Both the position numbers and the translations under genes were made by a program. 64,000 bases of DNA, taken from the NCBI GenBank assembly GCA_028699085.1, contig JAQVVF010000002.1:3074-67073 (forward strand), read 5' to 3'. The notes beneath the pieces are model-generated. The model was not told the origin of the DNA, did no database searches, and saw only the letters and a list, made by a program, of their open reading frames with translations. The DNA comes from Patescibacteria group bacterium. GTDB taxonomy: Bacteria; Patescibacteriota; JABMPQ01; JAQVVF01. Positions 26,846 to 37,363 of the stretch are shown here, piece by piece. How positions within the stretch are numbered: position 1 is the first letter of the stretch; each line of letters begins with the position of its first letter.

Positions 26846-27516
26846 ATAATTTTTCCATCTGCTAATTTAATAATTCTATTAGCATAAGCCTCCTCTTCTT
26901 TTTCATGGGTCACCATCACGATTGTATGGCCTTCTTTATTTAACGCTTTAAAAATAGCTAAAACTTCTTTTGCCGCTACTGTATCAAGATTTGCTGTTGG
27001 TTCATCAGCAAAAATAACCATTGGATCATTAATCAAAGATCTAGCAATAGCAACTTTTTGTTGTTCTCCTCCAGAAAGCTGGCTCGAAAGATTATCAGAC
27101 TTTTTTTCTAATCCTACTTTTTTCAATAAAGTTTTTGCTTTATGCTTGCATGATTTATAGCTAGTTAACATCATAGCCGGAAGCATAACATTTTCCAAAG
27201 CTGAAAGTTCAGCTATTAATGCATATTCTTGAAATATATATCCTAAAAAATTGAGACGTAATTTAGTTCTTTCTTTTTCTTTCATATTAATCACTTCATT
27301 TCCTTGCAAAAAAATTTTTCCAAAATTAGGCTTATCCAAAAGACCTAATTGATGCAACAATGTTGATTTACCAGAACCATTTCTACCTACAATAATTAAA
27401 AAATCTCCTTTATAGATATCTAGAGAAACAGAATCCAAAGCTTTTACTTTAATTTCTCCTAGCTCATAAATTTTAGAGATGTTTTTTACTGATATTAAAA
27501 CTTCTTTTTTATTCAT
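26842..27516 (-). CDS. ABC transporter ATP-binding protein (LolD-like)
   Basis: GRNGSGKST, LSGGEQQ, ADEPTANLD, VTH. Confidence 0.92.
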   Translation of the reverse strand: MNKKEVLISVKNISKIYELGEIKVKALDSVSLDIYKGDFLIIVGRNGSGKSTLLHQLGLLDKPNFGKIFLQGNEVINMKEKERTKLRLNFLGYIFQEYALIAELSALENVMLPAMMLTSYKSCKHKAKTLLKKVGLEKKSDNLSSQLSGGEQQKVAIARSLINDPMVIFADEPTANLDTVAAKEVLAIFKALNKEGHTIVMVTHEKEEEAYANRIIKLADGKII

Positions 27517-27533
27517 AGTATTTTTTAAAAATA

Positions 27534-28709
27534 CTAACAAATTCTATTAAAGACATTTAATGTCTCCTTTGCACATTTCATCCAGTCAAACTTTAAAACT
27601 TGTCTTTTTCCTTCTGCTATCAAATGTTCTCGTAATTTTTCATCTTCCAATCCTTGTTTCATTGCCTCAAAAATTTCATTAACATTATATGGATCAACCA
27701 GTATTGCTGCTTTTTCACACACCTCTGACAATGACCCAACATTTGAGGTCACAACTGGACAACCAGCTGACATCGCTTCCAATGGCGGAAAACCAAATCC
27801 TTCATAAAAAGATGGATAAACAAACAATTTTGCTAAGCTATATAAAACAGTTTTATCCTTTTCATCAATGTAACCCAAAAATATTATATCATTTTTAAAT
27901 TCACTTTGCTCATAGATTTTCCTCACTCTTTTTTCCAACCAACCTGAAGATCCAGCTATAATTAATTTTAAATTTGATTGTTGATTTGTTTTACTGTTTG
28001 CTTGTTTCTTTAATAAATCAAATGCTTCCATCAAGCCAACAATATTTTTTCTTGGCTCCATAGCACCTAAAAACAACACAAAATTTTCCGGCAAATTATA
28101 TTTTTTTGAAACTTTCTCTATTCCCAATTCTCTACCCTGCCTATCGGCAGGCAAATTCTCAATTCTATTTTCTATTCCCGAATATACAACATATACTTTT
28201 TCTTTATTCACGCCATATTTAGTTATTAAATCGCTAGCTGTAGATTGAGATACACAAATAACAGCATCAGAATTAACAATCTTTTTTTTCGGTCCAACAA
28301 TATTATGCCAAAATCTTCTTTTTAGAGAATAAAACCTTCTAAAATAATCAAAAGACAAATCATGAATCGTTGTTACAAATTTACAATTACTAGAAACAGC
28401 AGAAAATAGAATATTTGGCGCAAAAAAAATATCCAAATCTTTGATTAATTTATCAATCTTTGGATACTTCAACAACCAGAAACTAGTATTCAAAACTTTA
28501 TTAGGATAATTAAATTTACAGATTTCAACATTAGAAAATTTTTCAAATTCACTAACATCTAAGCTATTTTTTTTATACGCATTGCAAAAAAGTTTATACT
28601 GATTTTTCTTATCAATCAGAAACAAATTACGCATCAAATTTATGAGATACTGCTGTACACCACTCCTCTTGCCTTCCATCAAAGACCTTATATCAATTCC
28701 TATAATCAT
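27534..28709 (-). CDS. Glycosyltransferase family 4 with in-frame repeat insertion
   Basis: EPRKN, YPSFYEGFGFPPLEAM; linker IENRIENLPADRQGRELGIE is repeat-derived. Confidence 0.92.
   Translation of the reverse strand: MIIGIDIRSLMEGKRSGVQQYLINLMRNLFLIDKKNQYKLFCNAYKKNSLDVSEFEKFSNVEICKFNYPNKVLNTSFWLLKYPKIDKLIKDLDIFFAPNILFSAVSSNCKFVTTIHDLSFDYFRRFYSLKRRFWHNIVGPKKKIVNSDAVICVSQSTASDLITKYGVNKEKVYVVYSGIENRIENLPADRQGRELGIEKVSKKYNLPENFVLFLGAMEPRKNIVGLMEAFDLLKKQANSKTNQQSNLKLIIAGSSGWLEKRVRKIYEQSEFKNDIIFLGYIDEKDKTVLYSLAKLFVYPSFYEGFGFPPLEAMSAGCPVVTSNVGSLSEVCEKAAILVDPYNVNEIFEAMKQGLEDEKLREHLIAEGKRQVLKFDWMKCAKETLNVFNRIC
28136..28155. repeat. CCTGCC..GGCAGG short palindromic element inside a CDS
   Basis: CCTGCCTATCGGCAGGCAAA; related copy at 46354-46373. 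Confidence 0.75.
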
Positions 28710-28734
28710 AAACGAAAACTAAAAACATAAAAAA

Positions 28735-29343
28735 TCAGTTTTCTTCTCTAAAATATTCCCACAAAAATGCTAATCCGATTCCAACAAACAGACCAGCAAC
28801 AAGACCAATCAAAGTCAACATTAGAGGACTATATTTTACTTCCGTAATGATTGGATCTTCGGAAATTACATCAAAAGCATTTTTTTGTTCATTGGTTACT
28901 TCCAAACTAGCTACTTTATTTTTCATAACATCAACAGTTGCCTTTGACAACTTCTCTAAATCTTGTCTATTCTTATTTGTTAATCTCATTTCGACTTGAT
29001 GAGCAGAAACTTGTTTTGGTTTAAACTTTTTTGCATCTTTGTAAATATCATCTGGAGCAACATTCGCTTCTGTATAAATTTCTTGAACAATATTTGGAGT
29101 TTGTAACCAACCTGCTACCGTATTTGAAACAATTTCGACAGCCTTACCAGCATAATAATTATCATATTGATAATCAGCTGTCGCTTCTTTATTCACGCGA
29201 TGAAAAGACATTGAAATATTAGAACTAAAAGCTTGAGGTTTAGCATAGGCATAAATCAGTGCTGCCAAACCACACAAAATAATACAAGCAACTATTGTAA
29301 ATTTGTGTCTCAAAACTACTTGAATATAATTCTTTGGATGCAT
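28735..29343 (-). CDS. Wzz/YveK-like polysaccharide chain-length determinant
   Basis: Two terminal TMs, Pro before a GLVAGLFVGIG helix, position in the glycosyltransferase cluster. Confidence 0.75.
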   Translation of the reverse strand: MHPKNYIQVVLRHKFTIVACIILCGLAALIYAYAKPQAFSSNISMSFHRVNKEATADYQYDNYYAGKAVEIVSNTVAGWLQTPNIVQEIYTEANVAPDDIYKDAKKFKPKQVSAHQVEMRLTNKNRQDLEKLSKATVDVMKNKVASLEVTNEQKNAFDVISEDPIITEVKYSPLMLTLIGLVAGLFVGIGLAFLWEYFREEN

Positions 29344-29374
29344 AATTGTTTATTAGTTTTTAATAAATCAAAAA

Positions 29375-30499
29375 TTAATTTATTTTGTAATAATTTTCTC
29401 TGCTGTCTTTAAAATTTCTATAAGAATCAAAAATATATTTTTCTATTCGATTTTTAAATAATTTTATATCAAAATCCAAAGCTCTCTTTCTTATTTCTTC
29501 TGGATTAAAATCTTTATCATTAAAATCTCTCACAGCATCAACTAAACTCCACGGAGATTGATCTTCAAATAAGATACCAGTTTTCTTAGGAATTACTGTT
29601 TCTACTGCTCCACCTTTTTTATAAGCAATAACTGGCCTTCCAGATGCCATTGCCTCCAAAGCAGTAATGCCAAAATCTTCTTCTTGAGGGTGAATAAAAG
29701 CTTTGCATCTTGAAAGATAATATGCTTTTTCTTTATCCGAAACTGGACCTAAAAATTCAATATTATCATTTGCCATTTTTTTCAAAGTTTCTAATTCTTC
29801 TCCTGTCCCGATTACCTTTAATGGCAATCTTAATGCATTAAAAGCTTCAACAACTAGATCAACTCTTTTATAAGGACGAAGTCTTGAAACAACCAAAAAA
29901 TAATCATCAATATCATTAGAAATATAATATTTACCTGTTTCAACAGGAGGATAAATAATATCGCTTTTTCTTTTATAATATTTTTCTATTCTTTCAGAAA
30001 CTGTCTTAGAATTAGCAATCATTTTGTCAACTCTTAAAGCAGCTAATTGATCCCAAGTTCTAATTTTCTGCAAAACTAAAGGCAACATTTTTTTAATAAC
30101 ACCTGGCTGCTTTATTTCTTCTGTATAACTATGCGTATCATTCCAAAGATATCTCGTTGGAGAATGAACATAGCTAATATGTAAAGTTTCCGGTCTGACA
30201 ATTACTCCTTTTGAAAATGCAGAACAATCAGACAACACAATATCATATTTAGAAAAATCAAATTGCTCAATAGCTGCTGGCATCATTGAGATATACCATT
30301 TATATTGTTTAACACCAAAAGGCAGACGTTGAATAAAAGATGTCTTTATATTTAAGTGCTTAAAAGCACCTCGAGTTTCTTTCTCATCGTATGTAATTGT
30401 ATAAACAGGAGCTCTTGGAAAAATTTCATGAAAAATTTCCAAGACTTTTTCAGCCCCACCAACTTGATTTAAAAAATCATGTACTAATGCTACTTTCAT
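29375..30499 (-). CDS. Glycosyltransferase family 4 (WbaZ-like)
   Basis: MKVALVHD..GGAEKV, EEDFGITALEAMASG. Confidence 0.92.
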   Translation of the reverse strand: MKVALVHDFLNQVGGAEKVLEIFHEIFPRAPVYTITYDEKETRGAFKHLNIKTSFIQRLPFGVKQYKWYISMMPAAIEQFDFSKYDIVLSDCSAFSKGVIVRPETLHISYVHSPTRYLWNDTHSYTEEIKQPGVIKKMLPLVLQKIRTWDQLAALRVDKMIANSKTVSERIEKYYKRKSDIIYPPVETGKYYISNDIDDYFLVVSRLRPYKRVDLVVEAFNALRLPLKVIGTGEELETLKKMANDNIEFLGPVSDKEKAYYLSRCKAFIHPQEEDFGITALEAMASGRPVIAYKKGGAVETVIPKKTGILFEDQSPWSLVDAVRDFNDKDFNPEEIRKRALDFDIKLFKNRIEKYIFDSYRNFKDSRENYYKIN

Positions 30500-30591
30500 A
30501 ACAAATTTAAAGTTTAAATCTCAAAATGTAAAATGACAATTTTAATTTTTTATTTGTCATTTTTCATTTTAAATTTTTCATTTTTAATTTT

Positions 30592-31977
30592 CTATGCTGC
30601 TCCATGCATTGTTATAACAATTATGATTGTCTTCAAAAAAATCTGTAAATCTAACAACAACGACCAATTTTCAATATAATAGGTATCTAATCGAACTTCT
30701 TCATTAAAACTAAGATCAGAAGCTCCGGAAACTTGCGCCATTCCAGTCATTCCCGGCTTTATTTCTAAAACTCGTCTTTGATGCTTTGTATATTTTTCTA
30801 CTTCTTGTGGCTCATGTGGTCTTGGACCAATCAAACTCATTTCATTTCGAATAACATTCATCAATTGAGGCCATTCATCAATTCTTGTTTTTCTTAAAAA
30901 TTTTCCTACTCTCGTAATTCTAGGATCATCTTTCATCTTAAATAATGGACCTTTCCTTTCACTATATTTCAGTAATTCTTTTTTCATCCTGTGGGCATTC
31001 TTAACCATTGATCTAAATTTAAAAATATAGAATTCACCATCTTTTTTCACTCGTTTCAATTTTACAAAAACCGTTCCTCGAGAATCAATTTTGATAATTA
31101 ATGCAATCAATAAAAATATTGGCGATAGAATAATCAACAAAACTAATGCCAAGATAACATCAATTATTCTCTTGATAATTCTGCCCCATCCATCCAAAGG
31201 AGTTCTTCTTAAATATACAATTGGAACACCATAAAAAGTTTCCACATCGATATTTGTTGCTTGTGTACCAAAAAGATCTGGTGCATATTTAAAATCAATT
31301 TTTCTTTCATCGGCAAAATCTATCAAAGATAGCACTTGACCTTTTGGTAATTTGGGGTCAATCTGAATAATTTCATCAATTCCCTTTCGCTGAGAGATCC
31401 TCTCTAATGTTCCTTCTACAGTTTCATTAAAACTTTTAATTCTCGCAACTACCTTATAACCAGAATATTTTTTATCTGTTAGATAACGAACAATGCTTTG
31501 GCTAATTGGATTTAAACCGACTAATACAACTCGATGAACACCGATATTGAAACGAAAAAGCCATTTCTGAAAAATCTTGACCAGCTGACGAGCAAAAACA
31601 ACATAGAAAATACTTAAAAACCAAACTACTAGAACAATGAAACGAGATCCAAATAATTCTTGAGCAAAGAATAAAAAGGCAAAAATCGCTGCCATGCCAG
31701 TTGAAACTGCTACAAATACTAAATACAAATCATCAACAAATCTTCTTTTTTTCTTTACGTCATACAATCCCAAAAAAGCAAAAATCAATAACCAAGCCAC
31801 AGCAATCACAGCTACAAAAATAATAAATTGCGCAAACGGTAAATCAAATTTTACTTCTCTGATATCAACAAAATAATTAGTGAATCTCAAAAAATAAGCT
31901 GAAATAGCAGCCAAAACAAGCATTATGAAATCTAATGGAACTAATGCAGCAGTAAAAAACAATTCAGATCTCTTCAT
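30592..31977 (-). CDS. Polyprenyl-phosphate sugar phosphotransferase (WcaJ/WbaP family)
   Basis: KRIIDV, FKFRSM, DDPRITRVG, DEWPQ, MSLIGPRP, KPGMTG. Confidence 0.93.
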   Translation of the reverse strand: MKRSELFFTAALVPLDFIMLVLAAISAYFLRFTNYFVDIREVKFDLPFAQFIIFVAVIAVAWLLIFAFLGLYDVKKKRRFVDDLYLVFVAVSTGMAAIFAFLFFAQELFGSRFIVLVVWFLSIFYVVFARQLVKIFQKWLFRFNIGVHRVVLVGLNPISQSIVRYLTDKKYSGYKVVARIKSFNETVEGTLERISQRKGIDEIIQIDPKLPKGQVLSLIDFADERKIDFKYAPDLFGTQATNIDVETFYGVPIVYLRRTPLDGWGRIIKRIIDVILALVLLIILSPIFLLIALIIKIDSRGTVFVKLKRVKKDGEFYIFKFRSMVKNAHRMKKELLKYSERKGPLFKMKDDPRITRVGKFLRKTRIDEWPQLMNVIRNEMSLIGPRPHEPQEVEKYTKHQRRVLEIKPGMTGMAQVSGASDLSFNEEVRLDTYYIENWSLLLDLQIFLKTIIIVITMHGAA

Positions 31978-32106
31978 GTTGGCAGAAAAAAATTATTAGA
32001 AAGAGTTAACTGTTAACTGTCAACTGTTAACTATTAACTAGCATTATTTTACCCTAAAAATAAAAAAAACTCAACAAAACCTGTTGAATTGTTTATAACT
32101 TTTAAA

Positions 32107-32576
32107 AACTCAAGTAAGTCAGTAAGCCAGGTTCTGTACCGCACATAAAATTTTATGTGCGGTAGTGATTATCTCTCTAGACTGTCGATCGCTCGACAGC
32201 TCAAGCCCCAGTTTATATTGGGTTGCATCAGGTAGAGTTTGCCCTATTGTTATGTCACCATAACAATCTGTGGTCTCTTAAACCACTCTTTTCACCCTTA
32301 CCTAGCACATAAATGCACTAGGCGGTATATGTCTCTGTGGTACTTGTCCTAGCTTCAAAACAACCAGTTCTCTTAAGAAGAACCGGATATTTCTTATACT
32401 TGGTTCCATTTCGGAACTACCACTTAATTCGGAAGTCGGAAATCGGAGCTTCAGAAATCGGAACGATCCGACCTCCGACATCCGATATCTGACTTCCGAA
32501 TTGATGCCCGGACTTTCCTCCCCGCACATAACTTTTGTAAATCATGCACAGAGCAATCACTCAACTTACTTGAGTT
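32107..32576 (-). ncRNA. rnpB: RNase P RNA with a 77-nt hairpin insertion
   Basis: GAGGAAAGTCCGGGC, AGGGTGAAA and ACAGAACCTGGCTTA conserved blocks; P1 AACTCAAGTAAGT/ACTTACTTGAGTT; promoter TTGACA-17-TATTAT at 32610-32582. Confidence 0.93.
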
Positions 32577-32748
32577 AAATAATAATAGCAAAACTTAACA
32601 AATTTGTCAATATCAGTTTTAAGGCTTATATTAGGCAAAAAAATCATAAACCAAAAAGCAATAAAACAATTTAACAATATCACAATACCCGCAATATCCA
32701 ATTTTCTTAAATTTCATTTTTTTAACCAGTTTAACAAATCTAACTAGT

Positions 32749-33192
32749 CTAACTTTTTTTTTCTTTATCTAATGCTTCATTAACCAATCTATCCGCCTCT
32801 TTATTTTTTTCACGCGGAATATGACTAAATTTTACACTTTCAAAATTTTTAATTAATCCTTGAACAATAGAAAACAAAGGTTTCATGTTTTTATTTTTCA
32901 CCTTGTATTGCCCTTTCAATTGCTTTACAACTAACTCACTATCCAAATAGCAATGAACAGATTTTGCTTTAAAATTCTGTGCTTCCTGTAAACCAACGAT
33001 CAACGCGTTATATTCTGCCTGATTATTAGTAGCCTCACCAATAAATTCAGAAACTTTTTCAACTGCCAAGCCATCGGAATTATAAAGCACTACTCCAATT
33101 CCAGCTGGACCAGGATTTCCTCTTGATCCACCATCAGTATAGATGTCTAATTCTTTTGTTTTTTTACTATCAATATAATCTGTCGTCGCCAT
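32749..33192 (-). CDS. rnhA: Ribonuclease HI family protein
   Basis: YTDGGSRGNPG, TNNQAEY, DSELVVKQ, HIPREKNKEAD. Confidence 0.9.
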   Translation of the reverse strand: MATTDYIDSKKTKELDIYTDGGSRGNPGPAGIGVVLYNSDGLAVEKVSEFIGEATNNQAEYNALIVGLQEAQNFKAKSVHCYLDSELVVKQLKGQYKVKNKNMKPLFSIVQGLIKNFESVKFSHIPREKNKEADRLVNEALDKEKKS

Positions 33193-33337
33193 AGTCGTAA
33201 TTGTTTAATTGCTAAATTGTTAAAAAGTTTTCCCGTCAACAATTTAACAATAAAACAATTAAACAATTCAGACAATATAAAAAAAGCCGTAAATTTTAAT
33301 TACGGCTTTCATATAGGGAATTCTACTTCTCACAATT

Positions 33338-35347
33338 TTATTCAAAATCTAAATTTTGTTCTTCAGTTATTTCAGAGTTAGTCAGATTTGACAAAGCATC
33401 TTTAGAAGCAATCACAAATTTTACTTTCTCTAGTGTTCTAAAATAGAATGTCGGAGCAAATGGCCTGTTCTTTGTAGTAATATCTAAAGGATTAGGAATT
33501 GTATTTTTTGGGGTTTTGATAAGATAATTTCTAATTTTAAATTTTATTGTGTGTGATGTTTTGTTTTGATAAATTCGGTATGGTCCTCGCCAGTTGTTAT
33601 CTCTATCTTTGATGAATAATCTTAGATCTTTTTCTTTAATCTTGGTTTTATCAAGTTTTGTTTTTGAATAACGAATAGCTACATTAAAATTAATATGCTT
33701 ATTAACTTTTTTGGAATAAGCTTTTTTAACTGTGCCGATATTTGATGACAGTTTTAGATAGCCTGGATAGCTGTTCTTTTTCGTGAAACTGCCAAGATAT
33801 TTCTTTTTGTTTCTATTTAATTTAGTGTAAAGCTTGTTAATGACTTTTGCTTTTGGAAGCTTGTAAAATGTTAAATCTGCATTTGCTTCATTACTTTCAT
33901 AGATTTGATTTAAGACTGTGTCTTTAAGATCAATTTTTTCTGAAAAAGGAGTTGGAGTTACTGGAATTGAAATTGTGTACACTTCTGTTTTTACATCTTC
34001 AATATTTCCTGGACCATCGACAGAAAAGAATTTTAAAGTCGTATCTTCAGAAATAGTGATTGGAGATGAATAGACATTAGAAGATGTTGTTGGTGTTGAG
34101 CCGTCAGTTGTGTAATATGTTCCAGTAACTGTTGAATCTGTATCTGTAGCTGATAAAGTTACTATTTGATCTGAAGTATATGTGCCACCAGCTGGTGAAG
34201 CTGTTGTTATTGGAGCGATATAATCTATATACCAGGAAGCAATACTCTTTGTAGTAATTCCATCTGCTGAATAAAAATATCCTCCAGTATACAATTCATT
34301 ATTATAAACTGCCAAAGCATTAACTGTACTATTAACACCAAAAATTCCTACTTTGCTCCAGCTAGTCCCATTCCATTTAGCAATACGTCTTGCAACAGTA
34401 TCATCAACGTTATAAAAATGTCCTCCAATATACAATTCATTATTATAAACTGCCAAAGCATTAACTTTCCTATTAGCCATTGTACCTAAACCAGAAGTAC
34501 CTACTTGGCTCCAATTAATACCATTCCATTTGGCAATACCATTAACAGTAATGCCATCAGCTGTTGCAAGTTCTCCTCCAGCGTATAGTTCATTTTGATA
34601 AACTGCTAAAGAATAAACTCTAGAATTCATACCTGAAAGACCAACTTTACTCCAATTAGAACCATTCCATTTAGCAATATAATTAACAGTAATATCGTCA
34701 ACTATGGTAAAATGCCCTCCAGCGTACAACTCATTATTGTAAACTGCTAAAACATCTGGATATTGGTTCATTCCTGAAGTACCAACAGCACTCCAGTTAG
34801 CACCATTCCATTTAGCGATACGATTTATAGAAATGCCATCTGCTGCAGTAAAAAGTCCTCCAGCATATAATTCATTATTATAAGCTCCTAAAGTAGTTAC
34901 GATAGAATTCATTCCTGAAATGCCTACCTTGCTCCAGTTAGTGCCATTCCATTTTGCAATATAATTGACAGTGATACCGTCCATTGTAATGAAATCTCCT
35001 CCAACATATAATTCATCGTTATAAACAGCTAAACCATAGATTGTACTGCCAATTTCCGTACCTGAAGTACCTACCAGGCTCCAATTAGTGCCATTCCATT
35101 TAGCAATATGATTAACAGTAATGCCATCAACAGTAGCAAAATCGCCTCCAGCATACAATTCATTTTTATAAACTACTAAAGCATTGATTCCTCCATAACT
35201 CCATTGAGTGCCATCACTTTCCATGCCTGAAATTCCAACTTTGTTCCAAGCTGAGCTTGTTCTAGCAAGAGCCTGATTAGCTAAAAAATAGCATGAGCCT
35301 AGAGCCAAGAATGCAAAAACAATACTTCTTAAAAATGTCTTTTTCAT
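33338..35347 (-). CDS. Secreted beta-propeller + Fn3-like + divergent Lys-rich C-terminus (paralog 3)
   Basis: WNGTNWSKVG..LAVYNNELYAGG repeats, YYTTDGSTP; start probably 35347. Confidence 0.85.
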   Translation of the reverse strand: MKKTFLRSIVFAFLALGSCYFLANQALARTSSAWNKVGISGMESDGTQWSYGGINALVVYKNELYAGGDFATVDGITVNHIAKWNGTNWSLVGTSGTEIGSTIYGLAVYNDELYVGGDFITMDGITVNYIAKWNGTNWSKVGISGMNSIVTTLGAYNNELYAGGLFTAADGISINRIAKWNGANWSAVGTSGMNQYPDVLAVYNNELYAGGHFTIVDDITVNYIAKWNGSNWSKVGLSGMNSRVYSLAVYQNELYAGGELATADGITVNGIAKWNGINWSQVGTSGLGTMANRKVNALAVYNNELYIGGHFYNVDDTVARRIAKWNGTSWSKVGIFGVNSTVNALAVYNNELYTGGYFYSADGITTKSIASWYIDYIAPITTASPAGGTYTSDQIVTLSATDTDSTVTGTYYTTDGSTPTTSSNVYSSPITISEDTTLKFFSVDGPGNIEDVKTEVYTISIPVTPTPFSEKIDLKDTVLNQIYESNEANADLTFYKLPKAKVINKLYTKLNRNKKKYLGSFTKKNSYPGYLKLSSNIGTVKKAYSKKVNKHINFNVAIRYSKTKLDKTKIKEKDLRLFIKDRDNNWRGPYRIYQNKTSHTIKFKIRNYLIKTPKNTIPNPLDITTKNRPFAPTFYFRTLEKVKFVIASKDALSNLTNSEITEEQNLDFE

Positions 35348-35420
35348 TAATTTTAATTTTATTTTACTTGTCCGCCGAAGTTTCACAAAACGAAGGCGGA
35401 TAAAGATTTTAATTAATTAT

Positions 35421-35478
<58 letters not shown>

Positions 35479-35538
35479 GATTGAAAATAAAAAAGACGGA
35501 TCACATTTGAATCCGTCTTTGTCTTTTGAAAATCTACT

Positions 35539-37302
35539 CTATTTCACTCCAATCGCAAAATATTGTGTCTTAACTGGATATTTCGTAAAATATTTTACAA
35601 TGAATTTCTTGTCTTTCTTAATTATCTTAGCATCTGTAAATGCTGTATTGATATTCTGCCAAACGCCAGTTCCTTTTTTGTATTTTAAGTACAGATTTGA
35701 TTTTGTTGCTGACTTATTCTTCTTTAAGTATTTCTTTAATTGCTTTTTTGTGAATTTAAATGATACTTTGATTTTGTATTTTTGTGATGATTTTTTTACT
35801 TTGTATTTATATAAATTAGTTGTTAATTTCCACTTTTTCAAGAATGTTTTATCAGGATAACCTTTTTGTTTTTTCAGTTTCATCCAATAATTGTTATTCT
35901 TTGTTAATTTAGTTGGAAGATATTTAAATGTTGTTACTGAATCATTACAAGATATTTTCTGTTCTGATAAATATGATGCTAATGTCACTTTCGTTCCGCA
36001 TAAATCAATTTCATAAGTTTCTGTTTTTACTTCTTCAACATTGCCTGCGCTATCAACTGAAAAAAACTTCAAAGTTGTATCTTCAGTAATTGATATTGGA
36101 GCTGAATAAACTGATGAAGAAATTGTTGGAGTTGAACCATCAATAGTGTAATATGTTGCTGAAATTGGTGAATCTGTGTCAGTTGCGGTTAACGTAACAT
36201 TTTGGACTGCAGTATATGTACCGCCTACTGGTGAAGCTACTGTTGTTGGAGCTGTTGTATCTATATACCAAGAAGCAATGTAATTTACTGAAACATCGCC
36301 TGCAGTAATAAAAGTTCCTCCTGCATAAAGTTCGTCATTGTAAACAGCTAACGAAAAAACTACTGGGGGTAAACCTTCCGTACCAGTCATCCCAGACCCT
36401 GCTGGGCTCCAAGAAGAACCATTCCATTTAGCGATATTATATGCAGTAGTACCGCCAGCTGTAGTGAAAGAGCCTCCTGCGTATAGTTCATTATTATAGA
36501 CTGCTAAAGAATAAACATGAGTATTACTACCCGCCATTCCCGTACCAACTGTATTCCAATTTGTCCCATCCCATCTAGCAATATAATTGACTGTATGACC
36601 ACCAGCAGTAATAAAATCTCCTCCAGCATACAATTCATTATTATAAACTGCTAATGTCCTGATTCTATCGCTAGTTGATGAAAGAGTAAGACTGCTCCAG
36701 GCAGTACCGTTCCATTTAGCAATTTTAGCTGCTGGAGTTGTAAAAGATCCCGCAGCATATAGTTCATTATTATATTCTGCTAAAGCATAAACATCATTAT
36801 CCATTCCACTTCCTACTGCACTCCAAGATGAACCATCCCATTTAGCAATATTGCTAACTGGCGCCGTAAAGAATCCTCCGACATATAAATTATTACCATA
36901 AACAGCTAAAGACCGAACTTCATCATCCATCCCTGAATTAATTGATCTCCAATTACTACCATCCCATTCAGCAATATATGTAACTGCAATACCGCCAGCA
37001 GTAGTAAAAGCACCTCCAGCATATAATTTATTATTATAAACAGCCATAGTATATACATAATTATCCATTCCAGAGCCAACTTGGCTCCAACTAGTTCCAT
37101 TCCATTTTGCTATGAAATTTGTAAAAGTTCCTCCAACATAGAGCTCATTATTATATACAGCAAAAGAAGCAACTGGAAAATCTACTCCAGATCCAACAGC
37201 ACTCCAGCTCGAACTAGTTCTCGCAAAAGATTGATTTGCCATAAAACAAGATCCTACAATCAAAATCATAAACAGCGCAATTTTTAAAAACCATTTTTTC
37301 AT
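35539..37302 (-). CDS. Secreted beta-propeller + Fn3-like + Lys-rich C-terminus (paralog 4)
   Basis: Same repeats; about the last 100 aa are nearly identical to paralogs 1 and 5. Confidence 0.85.
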   Translation of the reverse strand: MKKWFLKIALFMILIVGSCFMANQSFARTSSSWSAVGSGVDFPVASFAVYNNELYVGGTFTNFIAKWNGTSWSQVGSGMDNYVYTMAVYNNKLYAGGAFTTAGGIAVTYIAEWDGSNWRSINSGMDDEVRSLAVYGNNLYVGGFFTAPVSNIAKWDGSSWSAVGSGMDNDVYALAEYNNELYAAGSFTTPAAKIAKWNGTAWSSLTLSSTSDRIRTLAVYNNELYAGGDFITAGGHTVNYIARWDGTNWNTVGTGMAGSNTHVYSLAVYNNELYAGGSFTTAGGTTAYNIAKWNGSSWSPAGSGMTGTEGLPPVVFSLAVYNDELYAGGTFITAGDVSVNYIASWYIDTTAPTTVASPVGGTYTAVQNVTLTATDTDSPISATYYTIDGSTPTISSSVYSAPISITEDTTLKFFSVDSAGNVEEVKTETYEIDLCGTKVTLASYLSEQKISCNDSVTTFKYLPTKLTKNNNYWMKLKKQKGYPDKTFLKKWKLTTNLYKYKVKKSSQKYKIKVSFKFTKKQLKKYLKKNKSATKSNLYLKYKKGTGVWQNINTAFTDAKIIKKDKKFIVKYFTKYPVKTQYFAIGVK

Positions 37303-37363
37303 TATTTTATTTTATTTTTTATAAATATTTCTTAATGATTTAAGAATATGATAAATTGATATT

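Noticed and set aside
32302-32529. 75-aa minus-strand ORF
   Set aside because: It lies entirely inside rnpB.
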